Assembly: GCA_042408535.1 (NCBI GenBank)
Contig: JBHORA010000039.1
Coordinates: 3,419-67,418 of the forward strand
Source of the DNA: Chloroflexota bacterium
GTDB taxonomy: Bacteria; Chloroflexota; Limnocylindria; Limnocylindrales; CSP1-4
Direction of reading: 5' to 3'
Length of the DNA stretch: 64,000 nucleotides
Both the position numbers and the translations under genes were made by a program. The notes under the pieces are model-generated. The model was not told the DNA's origin. It made no database searches and saw only the letters and a program-made list of their open reading frames with translations. Of this stretch, positions 44,504 to 53,212 are shown piece after piece. Position 1 is the first letter of the stretch. Each line of letters begins with the position of its first letter.

Positions 44504-45355
44504 ATGATCGTCACCCCGCGCTATCTGGCCCGAGGGTCGTGGCTCGCCCGCCGCGACCCTCGGGTGCCACTCGTCGTCGGCGTCTGCGCGGCGGCGACGG
44601 TCATCCAGGTCTGGGATGCTCGAATCGTCCTCGTCCTCCTTGGTCTCGCCCTTGTCTACTACCGAACGGCCGCCATCCCGTGGCGGGCCGTTCGGCGGCA
44701 GTGGCTCTTCGCCCTCGCCTTCGTCAGCCTCCTCGTGCTCGTCAATACCTTCCTCACCGGGGGCGAGATCGGCGGTCTCGACCCGCGGACGTTCCGGCCC
44801 CTCTTCCGCATCCCGATCGTCGGAACGGTGATCTACGCCGAGACCATCTCGTATGGGGTAACGCAGCTCCTCCGCTTCGTCACCTTCGTCGCCGTCGGCT
44901 TCCCGATCGCCTACGCCATCGCCCCGGCCGATCTCGGGGTCGCCCTCGCCCGGCTCGGCCTCCCGGACCGCTTCGCGGTCGGGATCGACCTGACGTTCCG
45001 CTTCCTGCCCTCGCTCGCCGCCGACTTCCAGGAGACGATCGACGCCCAGCGGATCCGCGGCTACGAATGGGACCGCGGCGGTCGGAACCCGATCGCCCGG
45101 CTCCGACAGGCGACGCCGCTCATCGTCCCCCTCACGATGCGGGCCATCGTCGGTGCCGAGGACACGATCGATGCCATGGACCTGCGCGCCTTCGGGACGG
45201 GTCGCCGGACCTGGCTTCGCGAGCTGCGGTTCGACGCCGTCGATCGGCTCGTCGTCGGCGTCGCCGTTGGGACCCTGGCTGCCGTCACGGTCGTCGGCTT
45301 CGCCGGCTACGCGAGGCTCTGGGTGTTTCCCTTCTTGCTCGGTCCGGCGGGGTAG
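44504..45355 (+). CDS. ecfT: ECF transporter T component (CbiQ/EcfT family)
   Basis: ...FRFLPSLAADFQETIDAQRIRG...RAIVGAEDTIDAMDLRAFG, typical of EcfT. Confidence 0.85.
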   Translation: MIVTPRYLARGSWLARRDPRVPLVVGVCAAATVIQVWDARIVLVLLGLALVYYRTAAIPWRAVRRQWLFALAFVSLLVLVNTFLTGGEIGGLDPRTFRPLFRIPIVGTVIYAETISYGVTQLLRFVTFVAVGFPIAYAIAPADLGVALARLGLPDRFAVGIDLTFRFLPSLAADFQETIDAQRIRGYEWDRGGRNPIARLRQATPLIVPLTMRAIVGAEDTIDAMDLRAFGTGRRTWLRELRFDAVDRLVVGVAVGTLAAVTVVGFAGYARLWVFPFLLGPAG

Positions 45356-45390
45356 GGCAGCCACCGCGGGATCCGGGGCGCCCGAGCCGG

Positions 45391-46317
45391 TCAGCGTTCG
45401 ATGGCGCTCCCCCGGCAGGCGTCGACGAAGACCCGCCAGAGGCGCTCGAACTCGGGCGGCGACGTCTCGATCCGCTCGGGATGGCACTGAACGCCGACGA
45501 CGAGGCGGTCGCCGATCGCCTCGAGGGCCTCGACAATCTCGCCGGCCGGCGACCAGGCGTAGCCGGCGGCGATGAGGCCGGGCGCCAGGTCGACGGGGCG
45601 AACGGCCTGGTGGTGCGAGGAGTTGACGCGGAGCCGGCCGCTCCCCGAGGCCGGGGCGAGGATCCGGGCCAGCCGCGTTCCGGGGACGAGCCGGAGATCG
45701 TGGCACCGCTCCGGCCGCCCGAGGGCGTCCCGGCCGCAGGTCCGCTCGCCAACCCCGGCTCCCGCCCCGTCCCTGACGCCCGCCCCGTCCCTGACGCCCG
45801 CCCCGTCCCTGACGCCCGCCCCGTCCCTGGCCGCCGCCTCGTCCCTGGCCGCCGCCCCACCCGCGCTCGCCGCCTCGCTCGCCGCCTCGCCCGTCGCCTC
45901 GGACGGCCGGTCGTGCCCGTCGACGTGCTGGAGGAGCCGACCCCCCGAGAAGACATTGATCGCCTGGTGCCCCCGACAGATGCCGAGGACCGGGACGCCC
46001 CGCTCGGCTGCCGTCGCCCAGGCTTCGGCCTCGAGCTCGTCCCTGGCTGCGTCGATCACCCGCGCCCCGGCCGCGGCCGCGCCGTAGCGTTCGGGGGCAA
46101 TGTCGGCACCGCCCGAGAGGAGGAGGCCAGCCATCCTCTCGAAGGCTCGTCGCCGCTCTGCGGCCGAGGCCCGCGCGTCGATCGGGATCGGGTCGCCGCC
46201 GTGCCGCCGGACGGCTTCGAGGTAGCGGGCGTTGACCGCCGCCGTCCGAGCCGGATCGCGTTCCCCCGACTCGCCGGGCGCTGCGAGGGTGACGAGGATG
46301 AACGGTCCGCGTGCCAT
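45391..46317 (-). CDS. class I glutamine amidotransferase, peptidase C26 (gamma-glutamyl-GABA hydrolase-like)
   Basis: GLLLSGGADI, VLGICRGHQAINV, NSSHHQAV, GVQCHPE. A repeat-rich insert of about 55 aa lies between the Cys and His motifs. Confidence 0.85.
   Translation of the reverse strand: MARGPFILVTLAAPGESGERDPARTAAVNARYLEAVRRHGGDPIPIDARASAAERRRAFERMAGLLLSGGADIAPERYGAAAAGARVIDAARDELEAEAWATAAERGVPVLGICRGHQAINVFSGGRLLQHVDGHDRPSEATGEAASEAASAGGAAARDEAAARDGAGVRDGAGVRDGAGVRDGAGAGVGERTCGRDALGRPERCHDLRLVPGTRLARILAPASGSGRLRVNSSHHQAVRPVDLAPGLIAAGYAWSPAGEIVEALEAIGDRLVVGVQCHPERIETSPPEFERLWRVFVDACRGSAIER
45761..45905. repeat. 18-bp (cccgccccgtccctgacg, about 5 units) plus 12-bp tandem repeats inside the C26 gene
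   Basis: Direct reading. On the coding strand it translates as ..EAASEAAS..RDGAGVRDGAGVRDGAGVRDGAG.. Confidence 0.9.
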
Positions 46318-46339
46318 GCCCAGCCCTCCTCTGTGGGCC

Positions 46340-47539
46340 CTAGCGTCCGAACATCGTGTCGAGGGTGACCGGGACGAGGCCCCGCTCCCGGAGCCCGTCG
46401 ACGATCCGTGGCAGCGCCTCGAGGGTGTGGTAGCCCCCGAGGTGCATGAGGACGATCGAGCCGCCCTGGACCCGCGACAGGACCTTGGCGACGATATCGT
46501 CCGTCGTCGGCCCACCGTCGGCCTCGGGCTTCCAGTCGATCGTGTCGATGTCCCACATGACCGTGTAGCTCCAGCCGGCGACGCCGACGGCCGCCCGGAC
46601 CGCTGCGTTCTGGGCCCCGTAGGGAGGCCGGAACCAGGGCCGGGTCGAGCGCCCCGTGATCGGCTCGACAACCGCCTCCGTCCGCTCGAGCTGGTCGACC
46701 ATCTGGGTCGCGGTCAGGGTCGTGAAGTTCGGGTGATCCCAGCTGTGGTTGCCGACCCGGAAGAGGTCCGGGTGGGCGGCCGCCCGTTCGATGACGGCCC
46801 GCCCGACGGCCGTCGTCGAGACGACCTTGCCGGTGGGGAAGATCGTGGCCGGGACGTCGTTGGCGATGAGCCAGTCCATGATGTCGAGGGCTGGGTCGAG
46901 CCGGCCGCCCATGTCGAGGGTGAGGGCGACCGCGTTCGAGCCGCGCGGGCCGGAGGAGATGAGGAGGCTCGTCCCCGCCGTCGGCGTCGGGGCCGGCGGG
47001 AGCGTCAAGGTCGGGATCGGCGTCGTCGTCAGCCTCGGTGTCGGGATCTCCTCATCGCCGAGGACGACGCCCGGAACGATGACGAGCTCCCAGCCGGCGG
47101 CGATCGTGTTCGGGTCGTAGTCCGGCGACTCCGGGTCGAGGCTCGGGTAGCGGTCGCGGTTCCAGTAGGCGATGCTCCGGATGTCGGTCGCGAAGCGGCG
47201 AGCGATGGAGCTCAGGGTGTCGCCGCGCAGGACGACGTAGGTGAGCGGGGTCGGCGAAGCCGGCGCCGTTGGCGAGCCGGGACCGGAGGGTGGCGGGTTT
47301 GACGGGTTCGTGGCCGGCCCGCTCGGGGCCGGCGAAGCGGGCGTCGACGGCGAGGGTCGATCGGAGCCGCTGGCGACGGGACTCGCACTCGAGCCGGTCG
47401 CCGACCCGGTGGGCCCGGCGGCGCCGCAGCTCGCCACGAGGAAGACGACGAGGAGGACAACGAGGAAGGTAACGGCCGGCCCGAGGGCGAGAGCCCGGGG
47501 GCCGGCCGGGCGGCGCGGCGCGAGGGCGGGATGATGCAT
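46340..47539 (-). CDS. lipoprotein with LysM domain and polysaccharide deacetylase (CE4) domain
   Basis: LVASCG lipobox, a Pro/Ser linker, LysM (YVVLRGDTLSSIARRF), LTLDMGG, GNHSWDHP. Confidence 0.85.
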   Translation of the reverse strand: MHHPALAPRRPAGPRALALGPAVTFLVVLLVVFLVASCGAAGPTGSATGSSASPVASGSDRPSPSTPASPAPSGPATNPSNPPPSGPGSPTAPASPTPLTYVVLRGDTLSSIARRFATDIRSIAYWNRDRYPSLDPESPDYDPNTIAAGWELVIVPGVVLGDEEIPTPRLTTTPIPTLTLPPAPTPTAGTSLLISSGPRGSNAVALTLDMGGRLDPALDIMDWLIANDVPATIFPTGKVVSTTAVGRAVIERAAAHPDLFRVGNHSWDHPNFTTLTATQMVDQLERTEAVVEPITGRSTRPWFRPPYGAQNAAVRAAVGVAGWSYTVMWDIDTIDWKPEADGGPTTDDIVAKVLSRVQGGSIVLMHLGGYHTLEALPRIVDGLRERGLVPVTLDTMFGR

Positions 47540-47593
47540 GGCAGCACCAGTGTGACGCATGGCGGCCGTCGATGTGGCGCCACGCGGAAGGAC

Positions 47594-47686
47594 GTGGCGC
47601 AGCCGCTCCGTCCAGCTGCGTGGCGCAGCCGCTCCGTCCAGCTGCTCGGCGCAGCCGCTCCAGGCAGCCGAGGCAGCCGCTCCAGG
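47594..47686. repeat. 26-bp tandem repeat (gtggcgcagccgctccgtccagctgc x2 perfect, plus degenerate copies)
   Basis: 47594-47619 equals 47620-47645. Partial copies extend to 47686. Intergenic. Confidence 0.9.
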
Positions 47687-47758
47687 ACGTGCCACGCGCC
47701 CAAGGCGCGCCGCTGGCTGGTCATCCCATCGGCCCCCGCCGCGGAGGACGGGATGGCC

Positions 47759-50734
47759 TCAGGCGAGCCGGAGACTCGGTGGGTCGACGGGCGTCGGGAC
47801 CTGGAGGCCGAGCTCTCCCGCGAGGGCCTCACCCTCGGCGGCCGTCGCGATCCGCCCGTGACCACCTCGCTTGGCGACGAAGCAGGCTCGATCGGCGGCC
47901 AGGAGGACCTCCTCGGGCGTTCGCCCGTTGGCTGGGAACGTCGCCGCCCCGATCGAGCAGCTGACAGTGAGCCCGGCCCGGGCCCACTCCGACCCTGGTC
48001 CCCCGACGGCAAGGACGGCGTCCCGGATCCGGCTTGCCGCGGCGACGGTGCCGCTCATGTCCGCTCCCCGGAGGATGATGGCGAACTCGTCGCCGCCGTA
48101 GCGGAAGACCCAGTCCGCCCCTCGTCCGACCCGCGGGATCGCGGCGGCGATGTCCCGGAGGTAGCGGTCGCCGGCCTGGTGGCCGAGGGCGTCGTTCACG
48201 CTCTTGAAGTCGTCGAGGTCGACCATGAGGAGGCCGAAGGGTTCGCCAGCCTCGACGAGTCGGGCGAGCCATTCCTTGAAGGTCCCGTGGTTGAGGAGCC
48301 CGGTCAAGGCGTCGGTCTGGGCCCGGACGGCAACGGCCCGGTGGACCTCCGCGTTCTGGAGGGCGATGGAGACCTGGGCCGCGAAGAGCTTCACGAGCTC
48401 GAACTCGTCGGGGGTGTAGCGCCGAGTGCCGAACCGCTCGAGCATGAGGATCCCGGTTGCCCCCGTCCGCCCGCGAAGCGGGGCGACGATCCGGCTTCCC
48501 ACCCGAGCTCCTCCGGCCGGCGCGTCCCCAGCGCCTCCCGGCGAACGGTCGGACGATGCCGATCCCTCGACGAGGCGCGGACTGTTCTCCTCGAGGACGA
48601 GCTTCGCCAGGCGTCGGGCTTCGGCGTCCCAGTTCGCGGGCGCTGCCGTCGAAAGGCCCTTCGCGGCGAGGGGTCGGAGGCTCATCGCCTGCGAATCGAC
48701 GACGGCGATCGTGATCCGGTCGTAGCCGATGATCGAGGCGAGCCCATCGGCGACCTGATCGAGGACGGCCCGCGGGTCGAGGGTCGCCAGGATCGACTCG
48801 GTCATCCGGAGGAGCTCCCGCTGACCAACGAGCTGACGCTCGAGGGCTGCCGACTGGGCCCGGAGCCGCTCGGTGGCGTCGGCGTTCGCCATCGCCTGGG
48901 CCGCGAAGCTGGCGTAGATGACGAGGAGCCGCAGATCGTCGTCGGTGAACTGGTGGAGGCCGAGTTTCGAGAGGACGAGGACCCCGAGGACGTCGTCCTC
49001 GTGGAGCATCGGCGCCAGGAGCATCGACTCGTCGAGGTCGGCGTCGGTGCCGGGGATCGTGAGGGCCCGCGGATCGTGGGCGGCGTCGCCGACGATCTGG
49101 GCGACCCGATGCGCGGCGACCCAGCCGGTGAGGCCGAGCCCGACCTTCGTCCGAAGCTGGTCCGGCGTCTCGTCCACGTACTCGCCGATCCGCCCCCGCA
49201 TGGCGACCGGGATGAGGTCTTCGCCGTAGCGCCGATAGACGCGGACGTTGTGGTGATCGATGAGCTCGCTCAGCTCGGAGACGATCGCCTCGCCGATCTC
49301 CCGCACCGACGACAGTCGGGAGAGCCTCGCTCCAAGCTGCTGGATCGAGGCGAGCTGGGCCGTCCAGCGCGCCATCTGCCCGTAGTCCCGGGCGGTCCGG
49401 ACGGCGACGCTGGCATGGTCGGCGAAGGCCGCCAAGGTGGCGAGGTCGGCCGGTGCAAACGAGCGACCCGCCGCGGGATAGAGATCGAGGAGGCCGAGGG
49501 TGACCCCCCGGTCGACGAGCGGCACGACCGCGCGACCGACGACGCCCTCCTGGACGGCAGCCGAGCGAAGGGCAGCCTCCCGCGGGTCTGACCGGATGTC
49601 GCTGCTCGTCCGCGGCTCGCGGGTGGCGAGGGCCTCCGCCACGAGGGAGGAGCGGGCGGGATCCGAGACGAGGGCGAGATAGGCCGCCGACAGACGACGC
49701 GCGATCCCGACCTCGAAGCGGCCGGGGAGCCCGCGGGCGAGGTAGATGGCTCCCCGGTCGGCCCCGAAGAAGACGAGGGCGTGGTCGATGAGGGTCTCGA
49801 GAACCTGGCCGAGGTCGAGACGCCCGCCGAGGTCGAGGGCGATCCGGCGGAGCGCCTCGGTCGATTGGAGCGCTCGACGGGCGTCAGCTTCGGCTCGTTC
49901 GGCTCGGACGATGGCGCCGACGATCCCAGCGAGGCTGCCAGCGAAGTCGGGGCGTGGCAGCGAGGCGAGGGGGCCGTCCGTGGCGAGCCAGAGGATCGCC
50001 GGCAGGCTGCCCCCTGCCGGAGCGGCGACCGCGAGCTCCGGGCCGAGTCCGACGATCGGTTCGGTTCCGGGTCCAGGGAACGAGGCGAGGCCGCTCCGGA
50101 GGGCCGCCGTGAGGAGACGGTGTCCCGGGTCGAGGGGGCCCGCCGGGCCGGTACCCGCCGTGGCCCGGGCGACGAAGCCTTCGGTCTCGAGCTGCCAGAC
50201 GCCGACGGCGGCAAGACCGAGGCCATCGAGAATCGCCCGGATGGCGGCGCCGAGCGGGTTTGGACTACCCGCGTCGGCAGCGGCGAGGCCGACGCGAGTG
50301 ACGAGGTCGAGCTCGATTCGCCGTCGCTCGGCCTCGAGGAGGCTGTCGGCGACAGGCGTTGTCGGGTGGGCGAGGGAGTCGTGGTCCGGCCCCGGCGAGG
50401 CTCGCCACCCGGCGAGGCCCCCGCCACCGTCCGGCGGCGCGGTTCGGGCCCCGCGTGGCGTCGCCCCCGGCACCTTTGCCGGAGCGTCGTCGAGCGACTC
50501 GCGGGCGCGATCGTGGCGACCTCGCTGGGTCTCGGCCAGGAACCGCTCGAGATCGGCGAGGCGGAAGCGCCGGTCACCGCGAGCGTTGATCCGGAAGTGG
50601 CGGAGGAGACCTCGGTCGCTCCAGGCCCGGACGGTGTTCGGATGGACGCCGAGGATCCGGGCGGTCCGGGTGACGGAGAGGGTCGCCTCCGTCCGCCGGG
50701 GAGAGGGCGGTGGATCGTTCGAGAAATCGGGCAT
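47759..50734 (-). CDS. HTH (excisionase/MerR-type) - multi-GAF - GGDEF diguanylate cyclase, 991 aa
   Basis: LSVTRTARILGVHPNTVRAWSDRGLL; three GAF-like segments; DALTGLLNH...FRYGGDEFAIIL. Confidence 0.9.
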   Translation of the reverse strand: MPDFSNDPPPSPRRTEATLSVTRTARILGVHPNTVRAWSDRGLLRHFRINARGDRRFRLADLERFLAETQRGRHDRARESLDDAPAKVPGATPRGARTAPPDGGGGLAGWRASPGPDHDSLAHPTTPVADSLLEAERRRIELDLVTRVGLAAADAGSPNPLGAAIRAILDGLGLAAVGVWQLETEGFVARATAGTGPAGPLDPGHRLLTAALRSGLASFPGPGTEPIVGLGPELAVAAPAGGSLPAILWLATDGPLASLPRPDFAGSLAGIVGAIVRAERAEADARRALQSTEALRRIALDLGGRLDLGQVLETLIDHALVFFGADRGAIYLARGLPGRFEVGIARRLSAAYLALVSDPARSSLVAEALATREPRTSSDIRSDPREAALRSAAVQEGVVGRAVVPLVDRGVTLGLLDLYPAAGRSFAPADLATLAAFADHASVAVRTARDYGQMARWTAQLASIQQLGARLSRLSSVREIGEAIVSELSELIDHHNVRVYRRYGEDLIPVAMRGRIGEYVDETPDQLRTKVGLGLTGWVAAHRVAQIVGDAAHDPRALTIPGTDADLDESMLLAPMLHEDDVLGVLVLSKLGLHQFTDDDLRLLVIYASFAAQAMANADATERLRAQSAALERQLVGQRELLRMTESILATLDPRAVLDQVADGLASIIGYDRITIAVVDSQAMSLRPLAAKGLSTAAPANWDAEARRLAKLVLEENSPRLVEGSASSDRSPGGAGDAPAGGARVGSRIVAPLRGRTGATGILMLERFGTRRYTPDEFELVKLFAAQVSIALQNAEVHRAVAVRAQTDALTGLLNHGTFKEWLARLVEAGEPFGLLMVDLDDFKSVNDALGHQAGDRYLRDIAAAIPRVGRGADWVFRYGGDEFAIILRGADMSGTVAAASRIRDAVLAVGGPGSEWARAGLTVSCSIGAATFPANGRTPEEVLLAADRACFVAKRGGHGRIATAAEGEALAGELGLQVPTPVDPPSLRLA

Positions 50735-51048
50735 CGTCGAGGTGGGTGACCGGAGCTCCGTGTGCTGTTCGTGTCCTCTCGTGGCCGGGAGCGACCCGCC
50801 CCGGGCCGACGACGCTCGCTGCGGGACCGGGATCCCTGGTGGGAAATGTGAAGTCGGCGAGCGGAACGGTACAGACGGTCACAGATCCTGCCAATGGGAC
50901 GAAGGTCCCGCCGGGCTGACGCTTCTGGCGTCCTCACCGAAGCCACCGGGGCGCCGAAGCGCGGAGTTCGACGGACCCGGAGCGGGGCCCCGGCGGGAGC
51001 CCCCGCAGCGCCCCCAGCGACGGATCCGCTGCCGGCCCGCGGCGGCCC

Positions 51049-51543
51049 TCAGCGGCGCCGGTCCGTCTCCTCCCCCGGCACGAGCCGGACGTAGAGGAGC
51101 GTCACCGCCACGGCGAGGAATCCGACGAGGAGGACGAGGCCAACGGCGACGAGCGGTTCGCCGACGAAGCCCGGCCCCTGGCCGGGGCTCCGCGGATCGC
51201 CGATCGGCGGTGACGGGGTCGGGCTCGCCGCCCGGACGACACCGGTTCCGAACGAGCCGAGCCTCGCCGCGACCCCGATCGGTGCGCCGGGGAGCGAGGT
51301 CGCGACGAGGAGGACGACGAGGAGGGCAACGACGACCAGGGCGCTCGGCGACGACGATCGGCCCGGAGCGACGCCCGCGATCGTGGGCCCCCCGCCGACC
51401 GCGGGCGTCCCGGCGGGGCGTCGCCTCCTCGCCGCTCGTCCCGTCTCCGCCGGCCGCCCCGTCTCCGCCGGCCGCTCCGTCTCTGCCGGCCGCTCCGTCT
51501 CCGCCGGCCGCCGTCGCCGAGGGAGATCCGCCACGGTCGTCAC
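51049..51543 (-). CDS. two-TM membrane protein with an (RPAETE)4 N-terminal repeat
   Basis: ATGA overlap with the upstream gene. ALVVVALLVVLLVATSL and LVAVGLVLLVGFLAVAVTLLYV helices. Confidence 0.55.
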   Translation of the reverse strand: MTTVADLPRRRRPAETERPAETERPAETGRPAETGRAARRRRPAGTPAVGGGPTIAGVAPGRSSSPSALVVVALLVVLLVATSLPGAPIGVAARLGSFGTGVVRAASPTPSPPIGDPRSPGQGPGFVGEPLVAVGLVLLVGFLAVAVTLLYVRLVPGEETDRRR

Positions 51544-52259
51544 CCGACGAGGAGGCCGACGAGGCCGACGAGGACGCCGCCTCCGATGGCGAGGAGCCCA
51601 CCGACGAAGAGGACGGCGGCGGCAGCCGGACGGAGTCGCTCCCCCTCGACGAGGACCCGCATCGCCTCGGCCGGCTCGAGGGTCGTCAGGACGAGGTCCC
51701 GCCCGAGGCCCGGTCCGAGCCGAACCCGCCCGTCGGGGCCGAGGGTCGGGACCCCGAGGGCGATGGCGTGCTCGACCGACGAGATCTGCTCGACGCGGAC
51801 CCGGACGACGGCGCCCGCTGGCGTGCCGGGCGGGAGCCGCTCGGCCAGCTCGCTCGCTCGGCCCCGGGACTCCCGGGGCAGGACGACGAGGCCGGCATCG
51901 AGGGCGCTTTCGTCGATGGCGATCGCGTCGAGCCCCTCGCGGATCGCGAAGGGGACGGCCTGACGGTGATCGTCGACCGTTCGCCAGCCGCGCCCCTCGA
52001 GGATCTCGATCCGCGTCCGGCGCCAGACGAGGGGCCGATGAGCCGAGTCCTCGAATTCGGCCTCGCTGTCGATCCGCCCGTCGACCCGGACGTAGCGGGC
52101 GATGCCAGATCGGGCGAGGGCGACGGCATCGGCGACCGACACCTGCGGCGTCACCGCCAAAAGACGGCCGATCCGGTACCGGTGCCCGTAGCTCCTGACG
52201 ATCGCCACGGCGGCGATGACAGCGAGGAAGCCGAGACCGATGAGGAGGAGGGGAGTCAC
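51540..52259 (-). CDS. membrane protein with TM - beta-rich domain - TM topology (GIDE-like, unverified); start uncertain
   Basis: From GTG (rc 52257-52259): VTPLLLIGLGFLAVIAAVAIV...YVRVDGRIDSEAEFEDS...VPFAIREGLDAIAID... with a C-terminal TM. Confidence 0.5.
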   Translation of the reverse strand: MTPLLLIGLGFLAVIAAVAIVRSYGHRYRIGRLLAVTPQVSVADAVALARSGIARYVRVDGRIDSEAEFEDSAHRPLVWRRTRIEILEGRGWRTVDDHRQAVPFAIREGLDAIAIDESALDAGLVVLPRESRGRASELAERLPPGTPAGAVVRVRVEQISSVEHAIALGVPTLGPDGRVRLGPGLGRDLVLTTLEPAEAMRVLVEGERLRPAAAAVLFVGGLLAIGGGVLVGLVGLLVG

Positions 52260-52420
52260 GAGCCGATCATACGCGGCAGGCGCCGGCGAGCCGATCGACG
52301 GGCGGGCCGGGGGCCGAGGCCAGGGCCGAGGCTCGGCTCCGATGAGGGCGACGAGGGGGCCGGAGCCTGACCGAGCCGCCGATCCCGCGAACGAAAGGGC
52401 CCGAAGGAACCTACCCAACG

Positions 52421-52564
52421 CGTGGACATTGATGTGATCGCTGTCGTTAGCGTCGCTCGGCCCCTTCGGGCTGAGACGAATGCTACGCGATCCCCGGATC
52501 GGCGGCAATGGCCTTATCCACGAGATTCTGCGCTCGCTCCGGACTTATCCACCAATCGTCCACA
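52421..52564. promoter_or_regulatory. cluster of DnaA-box-like 9-mers
   Basis: TTATCCACg (52514), TTATCCACc (52545) and TcGTCCACA (52556) on the + strand, and aTGTCCACg on the - strand (52422-52430), all in an AT-richer intergenic patch. Confidence 0.35.
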
Positions 52565-52600
52565 GCTCGGGGTCATCCCGGGCGGAGCTCGGTCGCTCGT

Positions 52601-53212
52601 TCAGCCACCCCCGAGCCGCCGCCCAGTCCTCGGATCGAGGATCGCCCGCTCGCCGCCGTAGCTCTCGAGGACGAGCCGTCCCCCGACGAGCTCGGCCCCC
52701 GCGACGACGTCGCTGTGCCCGATCCGCCAGGCGACGGAGCCGTCGGCCTCGAGGGCGAAGGTTTCGATCTCGGCCTGGACGATGAGGTGGGGCAGCCGGG
52801 GCGAGCCGAAGAGGCCGATGATCGGGCTTGCCGAGCGATGGAGCCAGCGGAGGTCACCCGACCGGGTCTCGAAGCCGTAGCAGTGGAACCCGTAGCGAAC
52901 GACGAGGAGCCCCTCGCTGTCCCAGTGGAGCGCGGTCGGCTCGTCGTAGATCGTCGAGGCGAGGCGGACGGCCCAGCTCCCGCCGGGCCCCGTGACCCGG
53001 AGCTCGGCTCGACAGCGCGCCTCGGGGTCGTCGGCGACGAGCTCGCCGAGGTCGACGATCTCGGGGCTGGCCGACCCTGCTCGCTCAGGAACCCCTTCCT
53101 CGAGGGCCGCTCCGCCGCCGCTGCCCGTCCAGCGGACCCAGGCCCGAAGGCCACCCGGGTAGTCGACGACCGACTCGCGGGCCGCTCGCGGGTCCGCTGC
53201 CGCTTCAGGCAC
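52601..53212 (-). CDS. hypothetical protein (beta-propeller-like repeats?)
   Basis: ...HWDSEGLLVVRYGFHCYGFETRSGDLRWLH...EADGSVAWRIGHSD... Normal composition. Start is either 53212 (GTG) or 53245. Confidence 0.5.
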   Translation of the reverse strand: MPEAAADPRAARESVVDYPGGLRAWVRWTGSGGGAALEEGVPERAGSASPEIVDLGELVADDPEARCRAELRVTGPGGSWAVRLASTIYDEPTALHWDSEGLLVVRYGFHCYGFETRSGDLRWLHRSASPIIGLFGSPRLPHLIVQAEIETFALEADGSVAWRIGHSDVVAGAELVGGRLVLESYGGERAILDPRTGRRLGGG

